Shown here in pieces: positions 51,684-61,615 of a stretch of DNA of 64,000 bases. Under the pieces are notes generated by a model that did no database searches, was not told the DNA's origin, and worked only from the letters and a program-made list of their open reading frames with translations. This DNA comes from Chitinivibrio alkaliphilus ACht1 (GTDB lineage Bacteria > Fibrobacterota > Chitinivibrionia > Chitinivibrionales > Chitinivibrionaceae). A program made the position numbers and the translations under genes. The DNA lies in contig NZ_ASJR01000004.1 of the NCBI RefSeq assembly GCF_000474745.1, forward strand, positions 55,988-119,987, in the 5' to 3' direction. Numbering within the stretch: the stretch's first letter is position 1; each line of letters starts with the position of its first letter.

Positions 51684-53887
51684 ATGCCGTGTATAAAACT
51701 GTTATTCTGTCTTTTTGTTCTCAGTGTTCAGCTGTGGGCAGGGCCACAAAGACCGTTTCCGCAAGAGGTTTCCCCTGAGCATGCAATTCAGCCTGATAGA
51801 TATACCCAGGAAGAGATGAACGAAGATGTTATTGCTGTCTATGAGCATTACAAAACCTTTTTGCGTGAGTCTTTGCGTACCCCCGGGGGATATTACATGC
51901 TTGCTGGCGGAACAAACATTGGCTTTGATACCACGGCAACAGTTTCCGAGGCTCACGGGTACGGTATGATTGTTTTTGCTCTTATGGCAGGATATGACGA
52001 GGGAGCTAAGGAATATTTTGATGGAATGTATCAATTTTATCGAGACAATCCAAGCTATGTTAATTCCTATAATATGGCATGGGAAATTGAGGGGTTGGAG
52101 CGTGAACGTGGTGAGCGTTCCTCAGCCACCGATGGGGATATGGACATTGCCTATGCTCTTCTTCTTGCGCATCGTCAGTGGGGTTCAGATGGGGAAATAG
52201 ACTATTTGCAGGCGGCACAAAATCTTATTACCCGGGGGTTAAAAGAAGACTGCATGTCTCCTTATACGGCTCGTATTATGCTGGGAGATTGGGATCAATG
52301 GAGTGATAATTATCACTATACCACACGGAGTTCAGACTGGATGACTGCTCATCTTCGGACCTATTACTGGGCAACGGAAGATGCGTTTTGGCTTGAAGCG
52401 GTAGACACCGTGTACAGTATTATGGATGCCATCACCCAAAACTATTCTCCCCAGACGGGGTTGATGCCTGATTTTGTTGCCGGCAGAGATCCCTATCCCG
52501 ACCCTGATGGAGGAGGTACTGGTGAACCAAACTCACATAAATATGACTGGAATGCATGCCGTGTTCCTTGGCGTATCGGTATGGATTATGTTCATTTTGA
52601 AAGCCCGGAGGCACGAGAAGCAGCAAAAAATATGATGACATGGGTCATGGAAAAGACCGGAGGAGATCCTGCTGAGATAGTGGGAGGCTATCATCTTGAT
52701 GGTACGCCAATTGAGGGGCGGGCACCAACGATTGCCTTTCAAGCACCCTTTGCAGTAACAGCCATGATTGATGAAGAATATCAGGACTTTTTAAACAAAA
52801 GCTGGGCCCTAATGCGAGAAGGGAAAGAGACAAGCGTATATCGAACAGCACTCAACCTTCTATCTATGCTTGTGGTATCGGGTAACTGGTGGAACCCTGT
52901 GGAGGAAAGACCGGGGCAGAGGGAGTTTCGACTAAATGTGCATAATGGCACCGGTGGTGGTGTCTACGAAGTGGGGGATACGGTGACTATCCATGCGGAC
53001 GATCCTCCTGCCGGTACGGAGTTTTTAAGTGGGGTGGGGATGTTTCTTTTCTTCCAACGTCAACAGAAAAGACAATCGTCTTTACTATGCCACGTCAAGA
53101 TCTTTTCTTTACTGCATTTTATAGAGATCCCTCTGCAGAAAAAGATACGACGGGACTTTCCCCGTGTCTTATAGAACATATTTCCTGGGAGGTCGATGCC
53201 GATCTTCTTGGTTCGGAGGTTCGTTATACTACGAATGATGAGTTCCTTGAAATTTCACTTTCTCTTCTTGAGGATGGCTATAGTAGTTACTCATGGATAA
53301 AAGCGGTAGGCCGTGCAGAGGGGGCATATGATGCGGTTGATTATATTGCTGTTTCCTACTCTGCAGACAGAGATTTCAATCTTGTCCTTGACCAAAGACA
53401 ATTAACTGATAGAGGAGCCTCTCATTTTTACCAGCTTCCTGCAACGGACACCGTAACAACCCTCTTTATTCCTGTTGGAGATTTTGTCCAGCCAGACTGG
53501 ACACCTTCGTATTTACAACGAGATACCCCCCGTATGGAAGATGTCTATGCCCTTTCATTTCAAGGAAGAGAGAAAGGGAGTACCACGGATATCTCCTTGT
53601 ATAGCCTCCGACTAAATTATTTTGCTCCCTATACAACAGAGACGATTTCTTCGTCTGTAGAGTCATCTTCTTACGGTATACGACATGCTCCGGGGCGAAT
53701 ACTCTTTCCACGGGAAATTTCCCATGGATTGTTTACTCTGTATACAACACAGGGGCGTCGGGTTCATGAAGAGCAACTATTTCAAGGAAATACGGAGCTG
53801 CGGATTGATTTTCTACGCAGAGGTACGTACATCGGTGTTCTGGAGACATCTGATGGAAGAATTGTACATACTTTCAGCGTAAAATAG
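51684..53887 (+). CDS. GH8 paralog with Listeria-Bacteroides-type B-repeat, CBM-like module and C-terminal sorting-type beta domain. It carries an apparent 1-nt frameshift in the T5 run at 53022-53026; as-sequenced ORFs are 51684-53174 and 53087-53887.
   Basis: GH8 signature 'ATDGDMDIAYALLLAHRQW'. Read across the frameshift: 'GGGVYEVGDTVTIHADDPPAGTEF|KWGGDVSFLPTSTEKTIVFTMPRQDLFFTAFY'. Tail 'GLFTLYTTQGRRVHEE...GTYIGVLETSDGRIVHTFSVK'. Confidence 0.65.
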
Positions 53888-54001
53888 TGGCAATTATGTC
53901 AGAAATGTATTAAATTACTACGGAGATGAAACAGAACAGGAACTACTCCTGGGTTGGTTTTCATAGAGGATATTACGGTGTTTTACAAAAAGAGGTTGTG
54001 T

Positions 54002-56314
54002 ATGAAGGTTACAAAACGTACTATGGTATCTGCTCTTATGTGTATCACCCTTGCGGTGATGACATTTGGACACGATTATCAAAAAGCTTTAAATATGTCT
54101 GTCCGTTTTTTTGGTGCCCAGCGATGCGGTAGTGACGTACATTCATGGATTGGACATGAGTCATGTCACTGGCACGATTATAGCATTGATGGGGTTGATT
54201 TGGGTGGTGGCTGGCATGATTGCGGAGACCATATTAAATTTGGTCTTACCGGTGGCTATTCAGCAGCATTGCTTCTGCACGCCTATTTAAATTTTCCAGA
54301 TGCCTTTGAAGATAATTACTCCTACGAAAATTCAGCCGGTAGTCCCAATGGTATCCCCGATGTGTTAGTTGAGGTTAAACATTACACGGACTACGCGTTA
54401 AAGATGCTTCAAGGCGACACTTTTTACTACCAGGTGGGAGATATGCAGAGCGATCACCACCAGTCCTGTTCTCGCCCCGATTATCAAACAAACAATGAGA
54501 CCGGAGGCTCCCGTCGGTATTATTCTGTAGATGGAGGGGGGGCTTCCAACGTTGCGGGTACCCATGCTGCTGTGCTTGCCATGATGTCACGGGCATATCG
54601 TGAATTTGACGAAGAGTATGCGGACTTATGCCTGGAAACGGCCAAAAAGATGTTTGCCTTTGGTGATGCAAAACATGAAGCCTTAGGTACAATGGATGGT
54701 CAAGAAGAAAACAGTCCCTATGAAGATGATACCTTTGCTGACGACATGGCCTTCGGTGCTATTGAGCTGTATAATGCAACGGAAGAGCAAGACTACTTAC
54801 TGGCAACTCGTTCCTTTGTAGAAAATGGTGGAGGTCTTCCCACGTACTATGTTTTAAATTATAACCGTGTAAATCCTCTTGCTGTGTATAGTTTTGCGCA
54901 AGTCCTTTCGTCTCAAGGAACTGGTCTGAGACGTGAAGTAGATAATTATCTTGATAAAATGACAGATCTTGGTTTTGCTTTCTGGAATGGATGGGGTAGT
55001 TTAAAGTATACTGCGGCCGGCTCGTATGTTGCCTTATTAGCCTATGATCTTTTTCCTGATAGCACGCATTACCGTGATTTTGCAGAGGCAAACATCGACT
55101 TTATTCTTGGAGATCATGGCGGTTCTGCTGGTAATTTCAGTGCGGGATATAGTTTCCTTTCTGGATATGGGGATGATTACCCCATGGATTTAATCCACCA
55201 CAAGGCTGCTTTTGGTGGGGCACCATGTGCCTTTGGTTCCGGATGGGGCCAGTTTGGCAGTGATGCTGCAAATGAGTATCGTCTTGAGGGAGCTCTTGTT
55301 GGTGGTCCCACCGATGAAGGAGGGACGTATTGGGAACAACGTGGCGGAGATGGCGGGTATTACACAAGTGAAGTGTGTATTTACTATAATGCTCCCTTTG
55401 TAGCTGCTTTGGCGGCATTCCTGCATGAAGGTGATGATGACGGTGATGACGGCGATGATGACGGCGATGATGATGGCGATGATGATGGCGATGATGATGG
55501 CGATGATGATGGCGATGATGATGGCGATGATGATGGCGATGATGTAAATCTTTCAGGGTATCTTGGATGGTATGTATATCACGATGATTTTGGATCATCC
55601 ATAGATACATCAGGTGGTCTCCTCCAAGATGATAGCTTGGTAGAGATAACGTTTGATATGGTTGAAGAAAATGCAGATGATGAAATTTGGCCGTATGGTG
55701 GGTTAGCTACAGCTCTTTCTACTTCCTTAGCAATGCCAGAGTATATCACTTTTAGCTATTCTGCAACCAACGATTTCAACGTTGTCCTCCCCATGGATGC
55801 GGTATCACAAGCTGGAGGTGATTATCGAGCATCTCTTCCTGCTACAGGTGGATCATGGGAGACTGTTACCTTGTCCTTAAATGCGAACACCTTTTCTCAG
55901 CCGGGGTGGGCAGATAACGTAGACTTTGATAAGTCTACGGTTGAGTCCTTTGAAATTACTCCCGATTTTGATGGAGCCACCGGAGAAATTGCAATTCGTG
56001 GAGTCTATATTGACGGTTTCTCTCCTGACCAGGTGCCCCTTATTGGTAGTGGCCGTTCTGTCTCTTCAGGCACGGGAATATCCTTACTATCTGTAACAGA
56101 ACAGTCTTTGGGGATTTCTGTGCCTGATGCTGGCATGTATACAATTAGAGCATTTACTCCTGATGGTCGTAAGGTTGGACAAATCGTAAATCGTATGGAA
56201 GCGGGTGAAAACCGTGTCGGTTGGTTCGGTCAGAATACCTTTGCCAGCAATGTAATATTGTTGCAGGTACAAGGTCAGGGGTATTCTCAAGTGTTGCGAG
56301 TTAATATGCGTTAA
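54002..56314 (+). CDS. Secreted GH9 endoglucanase with poly(DDDG) linker, CBM-like module and C-terminal sorting-type beta domain
   Basis: SD 'AAGAGG'; signal 'MKVTKRTMVSALMCITLAVMTF'; GH9 motif 'DLGGGWHDCGDHIKFG'; tail 'GMYTIRAFTPDGRKVGQIV...VILLQVQGQGYSQVLRVN'. Confidence 0.8.
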   Translation: MKVTKRTMVSALMCITLAVMTFGHDYQKALNMSVRFFGAQRCGSDVHSWIGHESCHWHDYSIDGVDLGGGWHDCGDHIKFGLTGGYSAALLLHAYLNFPDAFEDNYSYENSAGSPNGIPDVLVEVKHYTDYALKMLQGDTFYYQVGDMQSDHHQSCSRPDYQTNNETGGSRRYYSVDGGGASNVAGTHAAVLAMMSRAYREFDEEYADLCLETAKKMFAFGDAKHEALGTMDGQEENSPYEDDTFADDMAFGAIELYNATEEQDYLLATRSFVENGGGLPTYYVLNYNRVNPLAVYSFAQVLSSQGTGLRREVDNYLDKMTDLGFAFWNGWGSLKYTAAGSYVALLAYDLFPDSTHYRDFAEANIDFILGDHGGSAGNFSAGYSFLSGYGDDYPMDLIHHKAAFGGAPCAFGSGWGQFGSDAANEYRLEGALVGGPTDEGGTYWEQRGGDGGYYTSEVCIYYNAPFVAALAAFLHEGDDDGDDGDDDGDDDGDDDGDDDGDDDGDDDGDDDGDDVNLSGYLGWYVYHDDFGSSIDTSGGLLQDDSLVEITFDMVEENADDEIWPYGGLATALSTSLAMPEYITFSYSATNDFNVVLPMDAVSQAGGDYRASLPATGGSWETVTLSLNANTFSQPGWADNVDFDKSTVESFEITPDFDGATGEIAIRGVYIDGFSPDQVPLIGSGRSVSSGTGISLLSVTEQSLGISVPDAGMYTIRAFTPDGRKVGQIVNRMEAGENRVGWFGQNTFASNVILLQVQGQGYSQVLRVNMR
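55430..55544 (+). repeat. Near-perfect 12-bp tandem repeat (GATGATGGCGAT)n, about 9.5 units, encoding (DDDG)n
   Basis: Direct reading of 'gatgatggcgat' iterated; the opposite strand gives an artefactual His/Arg-rich ORF. Confidence 0.9.
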
Positions 56315-56340
56315 AACTACGTGTAGTATCGGTAAAAGTT

Positions 56341-56375
56341 GAAGCGGAGAAGGGGTTACTTCTCCGCTTCTGTGT
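56341..56375 (+). terminator. Rho-independent terminator after the GH9 gene
   Basis: 'GAAGCGGAGAA-ggggttac-TTCTCCGCTTC' perfect 11-bp stem, then 'tgtgttctc'. Confidence 0.6.
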
Positions 56376-56450
56376 TCTCATAGGATTGAGTAGAGAATAA
56401 TTGTAGCAGGATATATATTAGGGAAGAAAACCACCAAATCAGGAGGAGTT

Positions 56451-59003
56451 GTGAGCGAATATATCCCCGCTAACATAGAAAAATACTGGCAAGATACATG
56501 GGAAAAAGAGGGGCTTTTTTCTGCTAAAACCGATGAGACAAAGGAAAAGAAGTACATTCTGAGCATGTTTCCTTACCCTTCCGGCGCACTGCATATGGGA
56601 CATGTGATGAATTATACAATTAACGATGTTGTTGCTCGGTATTATATGATGAAGGGGTATAATGTCATGACTCCTATTGGGTGGGACTCCTTTGGCTTAC
56701 CCGCTGAAAATGCGGCAATTCGTTTGGGTATTCACCCGTCAGAAAATATAGAAACCAATATTGCACGCATGAAAGATCAGATGAAAATGGCCGGTTGGGG
56801 CTTTGATTGGAAACGCGAGCTTGCCACTTCATCTGAAGCGTATTATCAATGGACGCAAGAACTCTTTCTCCGTTTTTATGAAAAGGGATTGGTAGAGAAA
56901 AAAGATGGAACGGTAAATTGGTGCCCCAGCTGTGAAACCGTCCTTGCCAATGAACAAGTACAGGATGGTAGTTGTGAGCGGTGCGGCACCACTGTATCTC
57001 AGCGTGATCTTGCACAGTGGTATTTTCTCATGTCTCAATATGCTCAGAAACTTCTTGATGGACATAAAAATTGCAATGAATGGCCAGAACGGGTTATTAA
57101 AATGCAAAAGGAATGGATTGGCCGTTCTGAAGGAGCAACAATTCGATTTCAAGTGGAGGGGCATGATGAGTCGGTAGAAATCTACACGACTCGTCCTGAT
57201 ACACTGTGGGGGGTTACTTTTATGTCTATGGCTCCGCAACACCCCTTAGTTGAGACCTTGGCTGCACATGCTGATGATCCTGATTCAGTGTTGGGAAAAG
57301 TTGCTGAAATGCGATCTTTAGGAACATCAGAAAAAGAGTTACAAGCGCGAGAAAAAGAAGGGGTGTTCACCGGTGCCTATGCCATAAACCCCGTCAACGG
57401 TGATCGTATTCCTATCTATGTGGGGAATTTTGTTCTCATGAATTATGGAACAGGTATCGTTATGGCTGTTCCAACTCATGACCAACGAGATTTTGAATTT
57501 TCTGAAAAATATGGTATTACGCGAAAAATTGTCATCCAACCTGAAGATGCGTCAGAATCATTTACTGTTGCGAATATGACAGAGGCATATACCGGTGATG
57601 GCGTACTCGTCGATTCAGGCCCCTTTACGGGACAAAATAATCGCCATGCCATGAACGATATCATTTCATGGTTTGAAGAGAAAGGATATGGGCGACGGGA
57701 GGTTAACTTCCGTTTACGTGACTGGCTTTTATCACGACAACGATATTGGGGCTGTCCCATTCCCATGATTCATTGCCCCAGTTGTGGCACGGTTCCGGTT
57801 CCCCGCAAAGATCTTCCTGTGCAACTTCCCGAGAATGTAGAGTTTCAGTCCGGTGGAGATTCACCCTTGGCTTATTGTGAAGACTTTGTCTCTGTAGCGT
57901 GTCCAGAGTGTGGTGAAGCAGCACGTCGGGAGACTGATACCATGGATACTTTTGTCGATAGCTCGTGGTATTATTTGCGATTTTGTTCTGCTCAATGTGA
58001 TGATGCGCCATTTCATTCAGATGAGGTGAACTATTGGGGCCCCGTTGATATCTACATTGGGGGTATTGAACATGCAACTATGCATTTGATTTACGTGCGC
58101 TTTTTTGCTCAGGTCTTGAATGAAATGGGGGTGATTGATTTTACAGAGCCGGCAAAGAAGCTCTTCACGCAAGGGATGGTCTGTTCTACCGCTCATTATT
58201 GTACTACCCATAAGTGGCTTCATGAGAGCGATGTCAAAGACGGAACCTGCGTCCATTGTGGAGCGGTTGTTACCAGTGAAGTAACAAAAATGAGCAAAAC
58301 AAAACTGAATGTGGTTGATCCAGAAGATATTATTTCAAAGTACGGTGCAGATACAATGCGTATGTACATCCTTTCCGATACCCCTCCCGTCAAAGATCGC
58401 ATTTGGAGTGAAGAGGGAGTTCATGGTATTTACCGTTTTATCAAACGGTATTGGGCTGTTGTTCAAGATGCCATTGCGCACCTTATGGATCCTGCAACTC
58501 CAGATGAAGGAGCAAGTGATGCGGCTATTCGTTATGCTGCTCATTACGCATTAGAAAAATCTATCGCCTCTTTCGAAGAGAATTGGCAGTTTAATACCGC
58601 CATTGCTCGAGCGATGGAGTTGACGACTACGATTAAAAAATTGACCCCGAAAACAGGGAAAAGATCCTTACGAGAAGCAGTCTCAATACTTGTACGGACA
58701 GTTGCTCCAATTATTCCTCATGCTTCGGAAGAGCTCTGGCAATCACTTGGGGAGACTGGTTCTATCTTTTCTGCCAGCTATCCAAAGGTAGATCCTTCGG
58801 CCCTCATACAGGACGAGGTAACTATTGTGGTACAGGTGAATGGAAAGATGCGGGGTAAATTTACCGCCGCCAAAGATTCTGCCAAAACAGATCTTGAGAA
58901 GCGTGCCTTTGAAGAGCCAAATGTGCAGAAGTTTACCGAAGGTGCTACGGTACGAAAAGTGATTGTGATCCCCAATAAAATAGTTAATATTGTGGTATCC
59001 TAA
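56451..59003 (+). CDS. leuS: Leucyl-tRNA synthetase
   Basis: HIGH 'HMGHVMNY'; KMSKS 'VTKMSKTKLN'; 850 aa. Confidence 0.9.
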   Translation: MSEYIPANIEKYWQDTWEKEGLFSAKTDETKEKKYILSMFPYPSGALHMGHVMNYTINDVVARYYMMKGYNVMTPIGWDSFGLPAENAAIRLGIHPSENIETNIARMKDQMKMAGWGFDWKRELATSSEAYYQWTQELFLRFYEKGLVEKKDGTVNWCPSCETVLANEQVQDGSCERCGTTVSQRDLAQWYFLMSQYAQKLLDGHKNCNEWPERVIKMQKEWIGRSEGATIRFQVEGHDESVEIYTTRPDTLWGVTFMSMAPQHPLVETLAAHADDPDSVLGKVAEMRSLGTSEKELQAREKEGVFTGAYAINPVNGDRIPIYVGNFVLMNYGTGIVMAVPTHDQRDFEFSEKYGITRKIVIQPEDASESFTVANMTEAYTGDGVLVDSGPFTGQNNRHAMNDIISWFEEKGYGRREVNFRLRDWLLSRQRYWGCPIPMIHCPSCGTVPVPRKDLPVQLPENVEFQSGGDSPLAYCEDFVSVACPECGEAARRETDTMDTFVDSSWYYLRFCSAQCDDAPFHSDEVNYWGPVDIYIGGIEHATMHLIYVRFFAQVLNEMGVIDFTEPAKKLFTQGMVCSTAHYCTTHKWLHESDVKDGTCVHCGAVVTSEVTKMSKTKLNVVDPEDIISKYGADTMRMYILSDTPPVKDRIWSEEGVHGIYRFIKRYWAVVQDAIAHLMDPATPDEGASDAAIRYAAHYALEKSIASFEENWQFNTAIARAMELTTTIKKLTPKTGKRSLREAVSILVRTVAPIIPHASEELWQSLGETGSIFSASYPKVDPSALIQDEVTIVVQVNGKMRGKFTAAKDSAKTDLEKRAFEEPNVQKFTEGATVRKVIVIPNKIVNIVVS

Positions 59004-59007
59004 CTTT

Positions 59008-59044
59008 ACGGGGGGGGCTTTTCTACCGTTTTGAGGCTCCCCCT
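59008..59044. terminator. Possible bidirectional terminator between convergent leuS and the DUF1573 gene
   Basis: 'CGGGGGGGGC-ttttctaccgttttgag-GCTCCCCC' imperfect G/C stem with a large loop. Weak. Confidence 0.25.
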
Positions 59045-59984
59045 ACTCTTTTCCTTCCAAGGTCACTACTGCTCGGGTAATTTCCCCATGAGGTCCGTAA
59101 AACAGAAGTTTTCCTCCCGCATATCCTTCTACGCTACTGTAAAACGAAATTGGTACGGTGTGCCGTTCAAGTTCAGATGGATAGCGTTGTTTTAGTCTAC
59201 GGTGTATTTCTTGAGCCGGTCGAGCTGATGGACCGAGTAAGTTGGCTACATACTCCATGATTGCTTCTCGTTCATCCAGTATGTGCATACATTGTTTTGC
59301 GTAGTCTGAAGCCGGACATACTTCTTTTAAGGCAGTAAGAGGGGGATCTGTTTTAAATCCCGCATCTTTTATAAGACGGGTTTTGGCAGAGATATAATCT
59401 GCAAGGGCTGCTATAACCAGGTCAGGATTAACCTCAGAAGGCTGGTGCGTGAATTCTACGGGGATCTTAATATCTTCCTCTGTTGATGTGCCTCGAAGAA
59501 AATAGATGTGAGTGAGGGGAAAGATACTTTTTTCTGTGAGTACATACAAAGTATCTTTAAACTGATTCTTGTGAGCGTCTTCCTCGACAATATGAAGAAA
59601 GCGACTTTCGAGGGTAAGTCCGGAAAAGGCGTGTGCTCGAAGATGAATACGTTGTATACTTTCATTTTGTGCATTACTAAAGAGAGTGACGGAGTGTGCA
59701 TGTTGCCCGCTACCTGCAATGGAGAGATGAATTGTAAGGTGCGTGGAGTCTCCCGGAGCCACAATACTATCATAGGTAACATCGGTGCAGCCACAGCTCA
59801 TGCGGACACGTGATATCTTGAGGGTATCTTGGCCGGTGTTCTGTACAATAAAGGTGTGTACGGTATCGATGGGGGTGCCTTCATAGGGCAAAATGCCGAA
59901 GTCATGCTCTGTTGTATCAAGCTCTAATAGAGCAGCATGTGTTGGGTACAGCACAACAAAAAAGATACAAAGAAGGAATTTCAT
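59043..59984 (-). CDS. Secreted DUF1573-family protein
   Basis: Signal 'MKFLLCIFFVVLYPTHA'; 'HDFGILPYEGTP...FIVQNTGQDTLKISRVRMSCGCT' matches the DUF1573 core. Confidence 0.55.
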   Translation of the reverse strand: MKFLLCIFFVVLYPTHAALLELDTTEHDFGILPYEGTPIDTVHTFIVQNTGQDTLKISRVRMSCGCTDVTYDSIVAPGDSTHLTIHLSIAGSGQHAHSVTLFSNAQNESIQRIHLRAHAFSGLTLESRFLHIVEEDAHKNQFKDTLYVLTEKSIFPLTHIYFLRGTSTEEDIKIPVEFTHQPSEVNPDLVIAALADYISAKTRLIKDAGFKTDPPLTALKEVCPASDYAKQCMHILDEREAIMEYVANLLGPSARPAQEIHRRLKQRYPSELERHTVPISFYSSVEGYAGGKLLFYGPHGEITRAVVTLEGKE

Positions 59985-60025
59985 GGGAGCATCCCTTGAA
60001 AGAATAGTACGTTTTACAAAATATA

Positions 60026-61615
60026 TCAATTCCGCCGGCGATCAAGGGTACGATATTGTATTGCCTCAGAAACGTGTTGGGAGGATATGGTCGGACTACC
60101 TGCAAGATCTGCTATGGTTCTGGACACCTTAATGATGCGATCGTAGGCTCGTGCAGAAAGTCCGAGTTTCTCCATGGCTTTTTTGAGGAGCAAACTTGAC
60201 GATTCATCCATATCACAATGGGTACGCATATGCTGTGGCTCCATAGATGCATTGCTATGAATGGAGGTCTTAGCAAATCGCTCTCCTTGAATTTTTTTTG
60301 CATGCTCTACATGCTGTTGCATCTGTTGTGACGTACTGGTTCCCTTCTTTTGTTTTAGTTCTTCGTAAGGAAGGGCTGGTACTTCAATATGAATATCTAT
60401 ACGATCGAGGAGGGGACCCGATATCTTTGAAATGTAGCGGGCGATGGACGTTGGGGTACAGGTACATCGCTGGGAGGTGTCTCCGTAATATCCGCACGGG
60501 CAGGGGTTCATTGCAGCAATGAGCATGAAGTTTGAAGGGTAAGTAAGGGTAAGGCTTGAACGGGATATGGTTACTTGTTGATCTTCTAAGGGTTGTCGCA
60601 GGTTTTCCAAAACATTTTTGTTAAACTCTGGCAACTCATCAAGAAATAGTACCCCGTTATGGCTTAGGCTAATTTCGCCTGGACGCGGGTAGGAACCTCC
60701 TCCGGTCAATCCAGCATACGAGATTGTGTGGTGGGGTGAGCGAAATGGTCGGGTTGTTAAGATGGGACGTTGTGGGTCAAGTTTTTGTGCAACAGAGTGT
60801 ATCTTGGTAGTTTCCAAAGATTCATCGAGGGTGAGGGGCGGAAGGATGGAGGGGATACGTCGTGCTATCATGGTTTTTCCGGAACCGGGAGGTCCAATCA
60901 TCAGGATATTATGATTCCCCGCTGCGGCTACAGTTATGGCACGCTTCACATGTTCTTGCCCTTTTACATCGATAAAATCTTTTTCTCCACGCTCTCTTTG
61001 AGAAAAATATTCTCCTATTCGACAGCGACAGGGTGGAATGTTTTGGGTTCCTTCAATGAACTGAACACATTCAAGAAGATTTGCGAGAGGTACAACATCA
61101 ATTCCCTCAGCTACAGAGGCCTCTTCGGCATTTTCCCGGCCAAGAAGAATACGAGAGAACCCCTGTTCTCGAGTGCCAAGACTAATAGGTAGGCACCCCG
61201 TAATTTTTTTTATCGACCCATCAAGGGAGAGTTCTCCAATAACAACAGTATTGCTCATATCGGTATGTGGGTGTACCTGTCCTGAGGCAATAAGTATCCC
61301 TACGGCTATGGGGAGATCGTACGCAGAGCCTTCTTTGCGAATATCTGCCGGTGCCATGTTTATGGTTACTTTTCTCGCGGGGAATTCAAACCCACAATTT
61401 TTAATAGCAGACATTACCCGCTCTCTACTTTCCCGAACCGCTCCATCGGGAAGGCCTACGATGGTGAAGCTTGGAAGGGCTTCCGTAATATCTGTTTCAA
61501 TTTTAATTGTGAAAGCATCAAGGCCGAGAAGGGCCATACTGTAAACGTGTGATAGCATTGCAGTTCTCCCGTGTTTATTCTCCTGAGGTGTCTGATGACT
61601 CCTGACCGAGTTCAA
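60026..61615 (-). CDS. YifB/ComM-family Mg-chelatase-like AAA+ ATPase
   Basis: Lon-like N-domain; Walker A 'GPPGSGKT'; 'VLFLDELPEF'; C-terminal 'RAYDRIIKVSRTIADLAG'. Confidence 0.8.
   Translation of the reverse strand: MNSVRSHQTPQENKHGRTAMLSHVYSMALLGLDAFTIKIETDITEALPSFTIVGLPDGAVRESRERVMSAIKNCGFEFPARKVTINMAPADIRKEGSAYDLPIAVGILIASGQVHPHTDMSNTVVIGELSLDGSIKKITGCLPISLGTREQGFSRILLGRENAEEASVAEGIDVVPLANLLECVQFIEGTQNIPPCRCRIGEYFSQRERGEKDFIDVKGQEHVKRAITVAAAGNHNILMIGPPGSGKTMIARRIPSILPPLTLDESLETTKIHSVAQKLDPQRPILTTRPFRSPHHTISYAGLTGGGSYPRPGEISLSHNGVLFLDELPEFNKNVLENLRQPLEDQQVTISRSSLTLTYPSNFMLIAAMNPCPCGYYGDTSQRCTCTPTSIARYISKISGPLLDRIDIHIEVPALPYEELKQKKGTSTSQQMQQHVEHAKKIQGERFAKTSIHSNASMEPQHMRTHCDMDESSSLLLKKAMEKLGLSARAYDRIIKVSRTIADLAGSPTISSQHVSEAIQYRTLDRRRN

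Noticed and set aside
55137-55610. 157-aa His/Arg-rich ORF on the minus strand ('HRHHHRHHH...')
   Set aside because: It is the antisense reading of the (GATGATGGCGAT)n repeat inside the GH9 gene and is a compositional artefact.
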